DNA of 57,094 nucleotides, filler included, from Dimargaris cristalligena (Eukaryota), in the NCBI GenBank assembly GCA_003614675.1. It is 3 parts of 3 records of this genome, joined end to end, with 100 filler letters (N's around TTAATTAATTAA, not from the genome) between each part and the next. Parts side by side here need not be neighbours in the genome. Positions count along the whole stretch, not along the records: positions 1 to 19,017 come from ML002745.1; 2 more parts are not named here. One strand, 5' to 3'. Each line of letters starts with the position of its first letter. Within the stretch, counting starts at the first letter, position 1. The position numbers and the translations under genes are program-made. Shown one piece after another: positions 1 through 12,925 of this stretch. Under the pieces are notes generated by a model, which searched no databases, had not been told where the DNA came from, and was given only the letters and a program-made list of their open reading frames with translations.

Positions 1-1595
1 CATAGAAGAGGCCAGAGGGAAAATTGGAAAAGGGGAATCCCACCAGTGTGATGAGTACTGGGAATCATGGGACTAACATAGAAAGGAAGGGAAAGAGGGG
101 AAAAGTGTAATGTGGTGGGGCACCACAGTAGTACAGTCACATTGACCAATCAGATAGCTGATTGGATTTCCCCATATATAGTGGGGTGCTTTTGCAACCA
201 TTAAATCAAGGGATCCTTGGAGCCCCTGACATCTCACGTGACTCCCCCTCTCCAGATCCCCAGTCCAATGTAGTGCATGTGATAGCCGACTCAACTGAGC
301 CAGAGAAACCAACCGAGGATGTATAAAACTGGTCTATCCAACCGGAAAGTCTGGGATTGACATAACTCAATAAAATCATAATTTATACTTTACTCATTAG
401 TTAGCTCACCCTCCCCACTCTGAATTCCACCTATGGTAACACTCCCTTTGGCTCTACCTGGCCGTATTTGGTTATACTTTCATGGCAGCCACACCCACCT
501 TAGTTAGGGTTATTTCTATGATATATCGGCATTGCCAGTATTTTCATTCACTACCATTCCACATTACACTCTGCCAAGGCATCTGGGGTCGCAGCTCTGG
601 TATAGGTGATGCCACCAGATTTAGATTCAGATGACGGACATATATGTGTGAATTGAAACTAGGGCTGGTAGAGGTCAATAAACTTCTTATGGGTTCTTGG
701 TTATGTCCATCGGGCTTCTCGATATAATTACTGTACAGGAAAACACCCAAACATAGGGTAGACTTTTATTCTAGATTTGTGGGGGTTTTAATCAGACACC
801 TCGGCTATGCCATAATGTCTTGTGTTACTAGTCCCTCTGGGTTGAGGTATTAACCAGGATGATCTTCGCAGACAGGCTGTTCTACTATGGTCATCATGAC
901 ACCACAAATGACTGCAGCAGATTCAAACATTGCCGCTCTCAATTCTTGAAGCCGGGTGTAGGTACTGTAATGGTGACCGTACTGACTACAGGGTAGGGAA
1001 TGTGTAGCATTTAATGACGACCAAATCACCAAACGGAGTTAATAGACTTAGCCATTACGCCATGTTATCACGAAATGATGTCGATTTTTGGGGTGGTTCA
1101 GTAAATACCCTCAAGCTTGCGCTGGTTAGGCAAGCCACATACCGAACAGAAGGCCGAGGACCAATCAATTTAGCCAGGATAGGGGAATGCAAACCCTAAA
1201 CCAATGGCTCCCCATGAAATTGATATTTCCCAATGACAGCATTAATATCACCGAGTGACGTTAGATGGGATTGGTAGGTGGGGATGGAGCTACGTCAACT
1301 AGGCGATTAGATCATACTACCCATCCAGTCTTCCACTACTGGTCCTTCCCTACCTTGCTTTCATCGGTATTCCCAATGGACATACACTTAGCATCTGTAG
1401 CCGGTGAACTCTACCGTATTCTAACCACGCCTCCCCTTCACCGACCAGTATAAATATAGTCAATTTCCTCTCCAAATAAAGCAACAACACCATCGTTTAC
1501 ATCTCTCTCAACTTCTATCATCCCCGCCACTCATATTGTACATTTAAATACATTTCCCCCTCTAACAACCACTCCTCCCTACCACCATCGCCGCC

Positions 1596-1880
1596 ATGTC
1601 GACCAACCCCAGCCAGACCCACGGAAAATTCAATGAAGGCCTTGGCAACGTCCAACACGGTGCCGGCAATGTGGCGGGTAATGAACGTCTGCAGGCCCAA
1701 GGAGCCGCCAACCAGGCCCAGAGCCAGACTGAACAGAGCCAGGGCAAAACCAAGAACTACATCTCGGGGGCCACCGACCGCCTGGCCGGGGCGACCAAGA
1801 GTGGGCTGCACAGCATGACCGGTAACCAAACCGCCAAAGCCCAGGGCGAGGCCAAACAGAGCATGGCCAAGCACGTCTAA
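1596..1880 (+). CDS. CsbD-like / Hmp1-like small hydrophilic stress protein (94 aa, intronless)
   Basis: Gly/Ala/Gln/Asn-rich, two repeats of the CsbD pattern (G.V..GAG.V.GNE.LQA.G and GA.D...G..K.....MTGN....A.G). TATAAATA at 1449-1456; GCCGCCATG start context. Confidence 0.8.
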   Translation: MSTNPSQTHGKFNEGLGNVQHGAGNVAGNERLQAQGAANQAQSQTEQSQGKTKNYISGATDRLAGATKSGLHSMTGNQTAKAQGEAKQSMAKHV

Positions 1881-2268
1881 GTCGTCCATGCAATGAGGGC
1901 ACCCCACTACATCGGAAAGGCGAGCTGTGCACCACTAGTTGGCACGCGTCCTTCTCCTGCAGTTTTACCCCTTTTTGCCCCGCCATTTATTATATCCCTA
2001 GCTAAACTATAACTTTCTTCACAGCCAATGATTTCGCTATGTAGTATCGATTGTACACTACAAATCGTCAATAAACCACGCAGTTAAACGGAGGTTCTGT
2101 TTATTTTTATTTTCAGGCAAAATACTTAAGCCAACCTATGCAGAGTAGAGCGCAACTAATCCACTATTGACATGAACTTATAGGCAGCGTGCATATGAAG
2201 TGGAGAGACCATAGGGGGTCTTCAACTGTGCCATTTTATTTTAGTAATTGATGGTATTTCCCCCTCGT

Positions 2269-5109
2269 CTAAACATTCAGGCCGCCAGCACCAATTTCCT
2301 GGTCAAATTCGGACCGGCTAATCCTTTTCCGCTTCAACTTTTTATGTAGCCGCTCTTCACGCTGCAACTCAGCCCAGTCGTCGTCGTTGTCGTCTCCAGC
2401 AGCAGCGTCGGCCTGACGATCGCCTCCCTCCGCCTGGGCTTCCTTCAACGTGCGTTTTTGTTGCTTCTTTAGTTTACGGCCTTGACGCCGCTCCGTAGCC
2501 ATGGTTTTTTTAGACCAGGCCTCACTCTTTTTGTGTTCCGGCAGGGTATCGCCAGTGTCCCTGGCATTCCTAGAAATATAGATCCCCAAACATTATAAAC
2601 GATACATCCGGGAAATATTAGTAAAGAGGGGCGGGTCCATACGTCTAATATAGGCTATTGGGTACACTGATGAGGGGGAGTTGGTCCCCTGCCGATTAAA
2701 TTCAACCGAATACTCATGTTTGAAGAGCCAGAGAGGGAGAGACTTACCTTTTCTCTTGACGAACCACCAGTTCCTTTTCCAGGCGCAATAACCGGGCCTT
2801 TTCGCGATAGGGGTCGGCATACTCCAGCTCGTCCAGGTTAAATTGGACCGGCGTAAAGCGAACCTTACGCGGGTTGAGTTCAGGCATGCGGGGTAGCATC
2901 AGGAGGGCGTAACCCTCGGCCGCTTGGCCCAAATCCAGATCCTTAAGTCGGAAAATGTAGTTGGCGTCGTGTTTGGAGTAGGACCGTACGAATGAGACAA
3001 AGGCCCGCATGCCCTTGTCGAAGAGGTCACGGTCTTTCAGGACCAGGTCCCGGGCGTCACTGAGCAGCTGGTCATTGGCCGGGTCCTTAAATTCCACGTG
3101 GCCAGTGTCGTCAGCGGTAATGAGGCCGGTTTCATGCGACTTCGCCGAGTCGTGGAGATAAGCTTGGGTTTGCATAGGAATCTTGCGGATTTTGAGAAAT
3201 TCTATTACCAGATATTTCGAAGGTGCAACGCAGAATAAGAGGGAGACACATAAGTGATAAATGACGTTAGAAAGTATTCATGTGCACGAAACATGAATGA
3301 CCAAGTTGAAGCCATGCCCAATTGCCTAGAATAGAGTTATGAAGCAGCGTGTCTCCTCTTCCCCCCCCCTAGCTTCGTCTGTTGGAGGTTAATTTAGCGG
3401 TTCCAAACCTGGGCAACTTACCAATATAAGTCTCTTCCCGCCCCCAGTTTAGAAAGAGGAAGGCCATGCCGCTCTTTCCAGCGCGAGCCGTTCGACCACA
3501 GCGATGGGAGAACACCTTGGGATCCTGGGGAGCATCGAATTGAATGACCATATCAACATTTGGAATGTCCAGCCCCCGCGAAGCCACATCGGTACACACC
3601 AGAACCGCGCCCTGGTCCACGGGCACGCTGACGTAGTCATTGTACGTCGACGTTCGCTTCTTAGGCTCCATTTGGCCATGCAGGCCAAAAAATCGGTAAC
3701 TCTGTAGACAGGGCAGTCGGTTCAGGAGTTGGTTGAAATAATCGACGCAGGCACAGGTGTTGAAATACAGAATCACCTTCTTCTCCGGATACTTGAGAAG
3801 AAGGCGGATCAACTGGCCAAGTTTCTGGCGTGGATTACACAAAATATACTTGATCGAAAGTCTGTGTAGGAGAATGGGTGGTATATATAAGGTATAGGGG
3901 GGAAATGAGTGGCAAGGGTAAGCGCATTTAAATTTTGAGCAGTCGTGAGGCATAGGAACTGAGCTGAATTCAGTAGGGAACCGCAGTAACGGAGGACAGG
4001 GGAAGGTGCCTTGTTAGTAGTGTAGTCACTCGATACCCTGGAGGTTAGGCGGGTATCTTGGCATGCAACGCAGTCCATATTAATAAATTAAACATAACAC
4101 TTACTGCGACGGGGTTCGTTGCTCAACCCGAGACTTGGTGTCCTCAACCTTAACGACAATCCGGGCGGGGTTTCGTAAGCCGGCACGCACCAGTTCCGAA
4201 ATGGCATCGGTGACGGTTGCAGAAAAGAGACCAGTACGGCGTTGCTTTGGGATTACCGAAATGAGATTCGTTATCGCTTTAGAGAAACCCATATCCAACA
4301 GGCTGTCCGTTGGGATAGTTTGAAAGTAGGTAGTGTCAAGAGGAAGATGCAGGAAAGGGCCAAGGGGATTAGTATAAAGTATTCTTTCGTGGCCAATAGC
4401 CTTGGTGTGGATTTCGGTGCCGGATAATAAACTGTGTAAGGATGAAATCGAATAAAAGTAGATCCGTCCCGAATCCCATTTGGACTTAGGAAGTAAGATT
4501 TCTGAATATATATATATAATGCAATGTAATTCCACTTTACCGGTCAGCTTCGTCGAGAATCAAGACTTCAAGTTCCTTGAGGTTCATACCAAGATTGCCG
4601 GCACCGGCCACGCCCTCCCGACCAAAGAGAAGACCTTCCAACCGACCAGGGGTGCCGACCAGGATATGGGGCCGAAGGGTGCTGTACTTGGCGGCATCGT
4701 CGGCCAGGGTAGCCTCCCCGCCCATTAATAGTTGGTGCCGTAGATAGCGCGACGAGGTGGGGGCCGATGACTGTTGGGCGATGAAAAGCCCTAGCGTGTC
4801 ATAAATCTGCTGGGCCAGTTCGCGGGTCGGTGAGATAATAATGGCCCCGATTTCGTGTCGCTTCAGCGCCCGCTCGCGCTTAATGAGGATCTGGAGCAGG
4901 GGAATTAGGAAGGCCAGGGTTTTGCCCGACCCGGTGACGGCCTCGACTACCACGTCACGGCCTTTGGTCAGGTGGGGTATCGTGGCCGCCTGCACCGGGG
5001 TCATGCGCTCGAAGCCCATGGCTTCCACGGTTCGGAAGATCGACGGGTCCAGCGAGGACTGTAGGGTCTGCCAGGGGCCCGCAAAGGCCGGTACCGCTTG
5101 GTTGGCCAT
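2269..5109 (-). CDS. SPB4: DEAD-box rRNA helicase Spb4/DDX55; complement(join(2269..2569,2748..3201,3422..3861,4105..4302,4541..5109)), 653 aa
   Basis: Q motif GFERMTPVQ, Walker [26 protein letters not shown] across intron 1, [14 protein letters not shown], Spb4-type [16 protein letters not shown] and a basic tail. All four introns are GT-AG and join in frame (1962 nt). Confidence 0.95.
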
Positions 5110-5807
5110 GGTGGATTAGGGAAGGTGCGCTGGATAAACTATTGAAGGTGAGGTAAGAGAAATTAGAAATTAAATGGGAAGCAATAAGGGATTCTCTATT
5201 AAGTTTATTAAAGTGGGAGGCAGTTATGGCATTCCATTCAGTCGCATGGCCAGTGGTAGGGCAGCTGCGAGAAAAGGAAATATAAAAGAAGAAAAAAAAG
5301 TATATATACTCGAAGCGCAATATTACAAATTCTGGGCGACTGTGGTGATAGGTAAAGAGCAACTATTGTTATAGCTTTAATAGATGAGATTCTGCTTAAT
5401 CTCCTGCTAATGGGAAGGGTACTTGGTTAATATATGGTTCTCTGTTTCTTTCGACTCACACATCTTTCTTTCTTTCTCTCTCTACCTACCTATTCTTACG
5501 TCGAAACTTGGCTCATTTTTACGTTGGTAAGTAATACCAAAGTACCAACTTTGAGCGGGACATGCCTTTGCTAATAAATAATGCCTTCTATAAGCTATTC
5601 GGGATATATATGGGGCAACTGTACTGCACTCGGGTCCCCAGGTATGAGCATTCTGAGATATAGGGAAGTATACTATAAGGTAAAACCTAATGAAGAAACA
5701 ACCAAGTTTATTTATATACACAGTAGGTGATCTAACTCCAATATTAATTACAGATGCGATACTAATTCAATAAGACCACCCAATTGGTAAAGTGGACTAA
5801 GAAACGC

Positions 5808-6107
5808 CTAATATATTCCATTCAGGGCATTCTCTTTCGCCTTTTGGGCCTGATAGTTGCGCTCTTCCTCTTCGGGATCAAAGTAGGTATCGGCTGATGA
5901 ATAGTAGTCGTAGTCATTGCGGTAGGAGGATTGCAAGTGGGCTAAATTGTCGGCATTTTCCTTGACCCGGCCCATCTTGTCACGGATTTGGCAACTCTTA
6001 TCACGGCACCATTGGGGAAACCTATCTCTAAGACCGGCCGGGTCATCGGTAGGAGCAGCGCAGGCATTGAACGTATTCACGGTCAGGGCAAGCAGAGCCA
6101 GAGTCAT
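5808..6107 (-). CDS. small secreted protein of unknown function (99 aa from ATG 6107)
   Basis: Hydrophobic N-terminus MTLALLALTVNTFNACA-AP followed by a hydrophilic mature part with a Cys pair (WCRDKSC). TATAAATA-like box on the minus strand near 6276-6283. Confidence 0.6.
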   Translation of the reverse strand: MTLALLALTVNTFNACAAPTDDPAGLRDRFPQWCRDKSCQIRDKMGRVKENADNLAHLQSSYRNDYDYYSSADTYFDPEEEERNYQAQKAKENALNGIY

Positions 6108-7570
6108 GGGGATACGAGGCAACACATTCGAGAGCGATAGACTGATAGACCCGCGGAGAGGCCAAAACAGTGAATGGATAGAGGAGGTCGAACAGAATAT
6201 AGAACGGCTGTGGAGAGAAATCAGAGAGTGAGACTGTGGTAATTGATTCTAGATAGAGGGGGAGATGGCCGGGCTATTTATACCTCAACATCCCTCACAA
6301 ACCGACCCTCTAGGGCGAACGGGGGAAGTATACCCTCGAACATTATTCCCCCGTTGGTCAGCTGTTCAGTCTTGCGGCGCCGTGGAACGGTCGATATAGG
6401 ACCCCACGCCACCTTTCTATCGAAAGAGATGGCTCTATTCTAGAACCAAAGGATCCTTTGCGGGTCCCGGTACAGTGAAGACAAGGGCCCATAGAGCTCG
6501 TAACACCCTTACCTCTCTTAGTACGCTTCCCTATTAGCCGTTTAGCTCCTTCCGTTGTCTACCCATAGACTGTTCGACTGTGTGCCCTTCCTTTCCTCCT
6601 TTCCCTAGTTACCCACGGGTTGTATAGCAGTCATTAGCTTTCAATGGAAATGGGGGAGGTTCCCCGTCCAGCCGCACAATGGAAATGCCCGGAGTGTAAA
6701 CCCGGCGAGACCAATTAAAAATGCATGATTCCCTAAACTCACTCTAGCGTAAATTATTTACTTATCGTCCCTCCCATTGGCAGAGTGGGTCGAATGGCCC
6801 CTATATTCTTCCGTATGGTACACTTTGTCCGCAGTGTCGAACGGTATTCCCGACATTTAGGTAAATAGAGTATAAGGTATTCGGCCAGGCTTTACCAATA
6901 AGGGGGATTCGGCTATCGAACATCAGTCAAACTAAATTATAAACAATGTGGCATGGAAGAAAATCCTTCACGCTCAGCCGTGGTTAAGTCGACCCGTCCG
7001 TGTATTATTTATTATCCTCTCTACTAGCACAGCCTGGGGTCAGCAGTTAACCTGCGAGCCCACCTATGGCCCAAACAAGATTTCTAGCGCGGGACTATTC
7101 ACTGGTCCTTGAAAAAAAGCGTGATAAGTCAGTGAGGATATCACATGAGTGGGTCGTCGTCGTCGAAGAAGCCGGTATATGGTATATAGTGTTGGGTAGT
7201 TCGGGTTTATAGTAAAGAGTTGTCAGTAAACCGGATAAAGAGTGGCGGGTGTCATAGGCCACTTACTTACTCGCGCACTTTCCCCATACCAGCAAAGGGC
7301 TTAGCGGACTTTAGTTAACCCATGCATACAGGCGACACAACCCACACCATTCTACCGCTCTACCATTTCAATTTTATTCTATACTTATTCAGTTACTCCC
7401 ATTCCTTGAGCCGACTCGACTTCCTCCCTTCCCTTCCTATTTCCTTATTAGCCCTAGGCTCCTCGCAGTTCCATCTTGGGGTGCATCGCTTTTTAGTATA
7501 CCTCCTGTCGCTCTTTATATAGCGGCGCCCGACCCATTATATTGGCCTGGCCCAGTCTTCCGCTGCCCGC

Positions 7571-9228
7571 ATGTCATCGGTCCACAGTATTTTCCATGGT
7601 ATCCGGGAATACCTAAACCCCCTCTTGAAAAACTCCAAATTCAAAGAAACCGGCGTCCTGACTCCCGAAGAGGTAGGTTCTATTGGGAATTTCGGCCAGG
7701 GGTGCCCTTCTCCAGCGTATAGGTGGCCGAGTATACAATACTGAAATAGTATACCCTTCTAGTTGACTTCGTATAAAGGAATCGCATATCCACATATATA
7801 TCTATATAGAATACAGCCGCTGCGATGGTACCTGTGTACCCACCTACCTGTAGAGACAGGTTAGGCCCGGCCCTTCCCACTTTGTACGGCACTGCTGGTA
7901 TGGACTCCGGCGCCTTCGTATTCACCCCTATACATTACCATATCCTATTCTAATGTCCAGTATCTCTTTCCCATTCACTGACCCATGTCCATTCTCATTA
8001 GTTCATCGCCGCCGGTGACTACCTGGTATACAAATGCCCTACATGGAGCTGGTCCGCCGGAATTCCCAGCAAGCGCCGTGATTATTTACCCGCCGATAAA
8101 CAGTATCTCATAACCAAAAATGTACCCTGTCTGCGCCGAGTAAGTGACCTCAACTATGGCTCCGGACAGGATGGCTTCGCTGATGAGCAGGAGGCCGAAG
8201 ATGGGTGGGTCACCACTCACAACGGAGTTCGACGGGAGCAGGGGCCCCACGATGACATGGACGAAATAACCGAAGACGTTCTTCATTTGCAGCTCGGAGG
8301 TATCCCCACCGGGAGCCAGATACCATCCCCGAAGAGTGCCGGGGTACTCTCCCCACCGGGCCTATCGACCGCCCATGATGCCGAGGAGGTCATCCCCTCC
8401 GATATCGATGAAATACCCGATATTGATGAGGAGTGGGATAGTCTAGGGCAGAGCCAGGACGAGGATGAGGAGGATGACCCAGCTGCTCTACCCAACGACC
8501 ACGGCCGGGACGCCCCAGTCAGCGACAACATTCTGCGTACGCGAACCTACGACATCAGCATCACCTACGACAAGTACTACCAGACCCCGCGTATATGGCT
8601 ATCGGGTTACGATGAAGCCGGCTCTTCGCTGCGCCCGTCCAAAATTTTTGAAGACATCTCGGAAGACCACGCCAAGAAGACTGTCACTATCGAGCCCCAT
8701 CCCCACGAGAAACTGTCATTGGCGTCCATACATCCCTGTAAACACGCCAATGTCATGAAAAAGATTCTGACCATGTCCCAAGAGAGCGGCCGGGAGATCC
8801 GGGTAGACCAGTAAGTTGGCAGCCATGTTTGTAGAATATCCCCCGGATAGTTAAATACGGCTGGGGGCCAGCTTAGTTGTTCCCCTCGGGCACAATAGCC
8901 GACCTTGGCCCGCGTTATATGCGATTGGCCAAAGTGCTCATCGATAGCGCTTACCATCTTTCATGTATATGTAAAACACATTTCAGTGGAAAATGTAGGG
9001 TTTTTGCCGCCAACCTCTTTGAACTTTATTCCGGCTACTAATCACCCCTATTGCTTGAATATGCCTCACTGCTTTACCTCCCTGCCTGCTGTGTCTATGG
9101 AATCCTTTCAAAAACACTGGGGTTACCAAACCGATAATCTTTATAGGTACCTTATTATTTTTCTCAAATTTATGTCAAGCGTCTTGCCAACTATCGAATA
9201 CGACTATACCTACTCGACAGACGCCTAA
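7571..9228 (+). CDS. ATG3: autophagy E2-like enzyme Atg3; join(7571..7672,8002..8810,9147..9228), 330 aa
   Basis: SKFKETGVLTPEE|FIAAGDYLVYKCPTWSW, YLPADKQYLITKNVPC, acidic flexible region, RTYDISITYDKYYQTPR, catalytic HPCKHA, VDQ|YLIIFLKFMSSVLPTIEYDYT. GT-AG introns join in frame (993 nt). Confidence 0.97.
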
Positions 9229-10302
9229 ATGGACTAACCCGCTTAGGCCGTGGCCAATGTGCCAGGCCAATGTCCAGTGGCTATCAAGGTCTGCATTCGG
9301 ATGATATATTTTTTAAATATAAACAATTACACTTACTCGCCGTCCTTACTCATCATTTTCACTCCACAATATTTTTATTGAGTTCCTTTCACTCTCCGCA
9401 TCCTTGAACTATGTAATATCGTTTTCTCTTCGGTTACCTTCGCCCTGCTCTTCTATACCCGTAGCCCATTCCTTTATCATCATTAGTCAATTTATTTGGT
9501 CATTTATATTGCGTTGCCCTTATTTACGGCATTTCATCCACTAAATCATTGGTTATAAGTAATGCCAGTGTACGGAAGGGGGCTCTCGGGTCGATCGGCA
9601 CAGGCCGGGCTAGGTTGTAATGGTAAAAGAGGGAAATGGCCCAAGTGATTATATTGGGAATTGGCCAAATGTTCATTTGCGTGGCTTTACAATAACAACT
9701 CGGATAACCATGGGCACTTGGCCCTACTAAAATGGCGGCGTCTTCCTCACTCCTTGACTAAACAGTGCGCTGGTATCCAGTCTCGGTACCCAATCTAATG
9801 GTAAAAGACCCCAGGTAATCTAATTTTAGTTGATAGTAGTCAGGGACCTTCGGTGTTCTTCAGGAGAAAGTGCGTCCACCAGCCATTGGCGATAGTCACA
9901 AAGTAGATACTACGAGGAGCCGCTGGTTCCGAGTGCTTTTGGGGATTTTCCTCAGCAGTGGCAGTAACGTATAGCCCCTGTATAAATATTTTATTCGACC
10001 CAAACTACCCACCCCCACCCAGACTTAATCGACCCACTGTGGCCTAATGGAGGCACTCTCGCTTTAACTTGGCGACATTATATTCACCAGCATCAGTTTA
10101 CTAGCTGTTCCTCTTTACTTGTCTCGAATCCCCAGTATAATTATATGTATATATATGTGTGTGTGTGTGTGTGTGCGAATGTGTATTACGCCTGGTGGCA
10201 AGTCTGCTATGTTATAGGTGTGATAGTCCATGTAAGCCAAGGGGATAACCAATATACGAGTGAAGGCCCCTACTGAGAAACCGTGCCAATTTACACCGAC
10301 CC

Positions 10303-11860
10303 TTAGTCGCTCATTAGTTTTACTAAATCAGCATCGTCCACCTCGAGCTTCGTTTGGGCCAGGTTCTTGAATTTGGCGAACAACAACTGGAATTGATCAT
10401 TAGGGATACCGGTATAACCCAGCAAGCCAAGGCGGGACAGGAGGGCGGTGCGGCCACTCTGGGCGGACAGGATAAGCGCATCGCTGGTGGCGCCGACATC
10501 ATTAGGGTTGAGGTATTCGTAGGTTGACCGATTCTTAAGCATCCCGTCCTGGTGAATCCCCGATGTGTGACGGAAGACGTTTTGGCCAATGATGGGTTTG
10601 TTGGCGGCCAGGATCATGCCGCTGCGGGCGGCTACCATCCGGCAAACCCGCGTGAAATGGGGCGTATTGAGCTGGTGGGTGGCATGGTAGTGGGCTGCGT
10701 GGGTGGACAGGCACATGGCCACCTCCTCGAGGGCGGCATTGCCGGCTCGCTCACCCATGCCCAGCATCGTGGCATCCACCAATGTGGCTCCGGCTTCAAT
10801 GCCGGCCAAGGTATTGGCTACGCCGAGACCCAGGTCGTTGTGGGTGTGTACGCCCCAGATGGTCTAAATCAGAGTGAGAGAAAGACACAGTTGCCCCATA
10901 AAAAGGTTATCGCATCCATATATCAGGGTTCGGTATAAGCAGAGTTAGTTATCGGATAGGTGGGCATGGCCATAACGTGGGTCCCAGAAGGACCAGCGTC
11001 GATGTCAGGTAGTCGTCTATTTGGCCGAATGACCTAAACCTTGGGCCGGCTGCACCCATGCAAGGCTGGGTCAGCCATCGACGCAGTACAGTATTTTGCC
11101 ATGAACCGGCCTGAGTGGCATGTGCGTCGAGTGAGGAATGGATGCAGTCCCCCTCCACGAGTATTAATCTAAGGGCAGTCATGAGGTCCTTTCCCCCCTG
11201 AGAATATCTAATGTAACTTACCTTTTTCGACCCAGGCGTCCGCTCGACACAGTATTTGACCAGTTGATGAAACTCCGCTGGGATACAGCCGCCCACGGTA
11301 TCCCCAATCAACGACAGGGTAGCGCCCTCCTCGATGGCCACCCCAAACACTTCGGTCAGGAAATCGGGGTCGGTACGACCACCGTCTTCAGCCCCGAATG
11401 CCACATTGGGGGACAAGGTCCGGGCCAGTCGAATCCCCTCCCGCACGCGGCGGAGGCACTCGGTCCGGGAAATACGGAGTTTATGTTCGAGGTGAATATT
11501 GGAAGTGGCGATAAAGAGGCGAATCTGGAAGCGCGGGGCATCCTTAATAGCCTCATAGGTGCGCAGGATATCGCTCTCCATGGTCCGGCAGAGCGCACAG
11601 ATCATAACCGGTTGGCCAATGTGCTCCCGGTGGGTCATGTGGTGGCCCACCTCGCGGGCGATGCGCCGGCAGGTGTCGAAGTTTTGCTCCGAGGATACCG
11701 GGAAGCCGACTTCAATAATGTCGACCCCCAGCTCCGCCAGGCCCTTGGCGATTTCTACCTTGGAGTCAGCGGTGAAATGGACGCCCGGGGCCTGTTCGCC
11801 GTCGCGCAGAGTGGTGTCGCTGAACAAGATAAGCTTGGGATCCGCGTTGATGGCCGACAT
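10303..11860 (-). CDS. 2-isopropylmalate synthase family (DRE-TIM) enzyme, short form without regulatory domain, MAM-like pocket; complement(join(10303..10863,11222..11860)), 399 aa
   Basis: DTTLRDGEQAPG, GVDIIEVGFP, FIATS.IH, metal ligands HTHNDLG, GERAGNAALEEV, HTSGIHQDG...YE. Donor AAG|GTAAGT at 11221 and acceptor TTTAG at 10864. Stop follows subdomain II directly. Confidence 0.92.
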
Positions 11861-12925
11861 GGCTAATAGACTATGGATCCGTACGATGGGGGGAGGGGAA
11901 GATACTTTACACGTTATATGTTACGCAGATTGTAACCGTATGGGGTTGGCTGGATATTAGACGGGGGCGAGGGATGGTCTCTGGGCGAAGTTAAGGAGAG
12001 GAAGGAGGTTGGGCTAGATTCCAATGAAACTCGGCGTAGGGATAGATTTTATAGTGGGGAGACCTGCACGTTGTGCCCCCCCCCCCTGCCGAAGACAGCT
12101 CTCGTAAACCACTTGCCGTGAGGACCGGTCTGTGAGGAGTAAGCGTATAAATTCATTAGACTCCCCTTCCTCCAAACCAGTGAATGAGCGACCTTCCTTG
12201 AGCCATATCCAAGTCTCCAAAGGAGGGGGGGTTATAATATCCGGATATTCATTGCATGAATTGTCCTCTCGTCATGCGACGCATGGCTGCAGTGGCACCC
12301 ATATCTACTCATCCGTACAGATTCTAAAATAAGCTCCCCTTACATGGCTGAATATTGCAGACGATGAGAGTTCCGCGATTGGGAAGCCGCTATCCCCCTG
12401 ACCTCGGTAGGATGACTGACCACTTCTATTTTATTTTATTTTTGAAAAAAAGTACAATTTCCTATCCCGCTTGATAATGAGGTGAGTGGGGGGAGGTTAA
12501 ACCAGTAGATTTGGCTCTGCAGGGCTTTTGGAGTGGGGGAGTTCCAGCGGACTCACCACACCCAGGGGTGCCTTGGAAATATAAAAGCAATAAGTAGACG
12601 GGGATCGGCAATGGAGGTTTTTCAAGGGGTGCGGCTTCGACCGGTGTAGTGCATTCGGTGTCCCTCCCCATCCGTGCTTGGTCATCTATCTATAAAGAAA
12701 AATGCCTGATCCAGGTGGCGTCAGTCACCCTCGCATGGGCTTTTAAAATAGCAACGGTGACGGACCGGGAATGTGCTTGGAGAGGTCCCTCATTCAGCCC
12801 ACCCGCTTTTTATAAGCCCTAATATTAGTAATTAGACACAGGTGATGCCAGCCCCCCTCCCCCCGCACCATCGCAGCGAGCCACCCAACCTCCACACTAA
12901 GGCACAAGTCAAGTAGGCATCGTCG

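Noticed and set aside
1-430. Possible retrotransposon protease relic (SFIHPRLV-like and ILGW-like words on the minus strand)
   Set aside because: No DSGA/DTGA catalytic motif visible; too short and degenerate to support.
9840-9980. Possible minus-strand exon (GLYVTATAEENPQKHSEP...NGWWTHFLLK) downstream of the IPMS-like gene
   Set aside because: No start or partner exon found and no resemblance to the LeuA regulatory domain.
10949-11221. C-terminal ~90 aa of the 303-aa ORF (VSYIRYSQ...) as a novel domain
   Set aside because: Read-through into the intron; splicing at 11222/10863 restores the HTHNDLG motif.
11264-11960. Long plus-strand ORFs (200 aa, 133 aa), also 1518-1907, 47384-47872 and the many ORFs antisense to the NRPS
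   Set aside because: Antisense or alternate-frame shadows of GC-rich real genes; no independent motifs.
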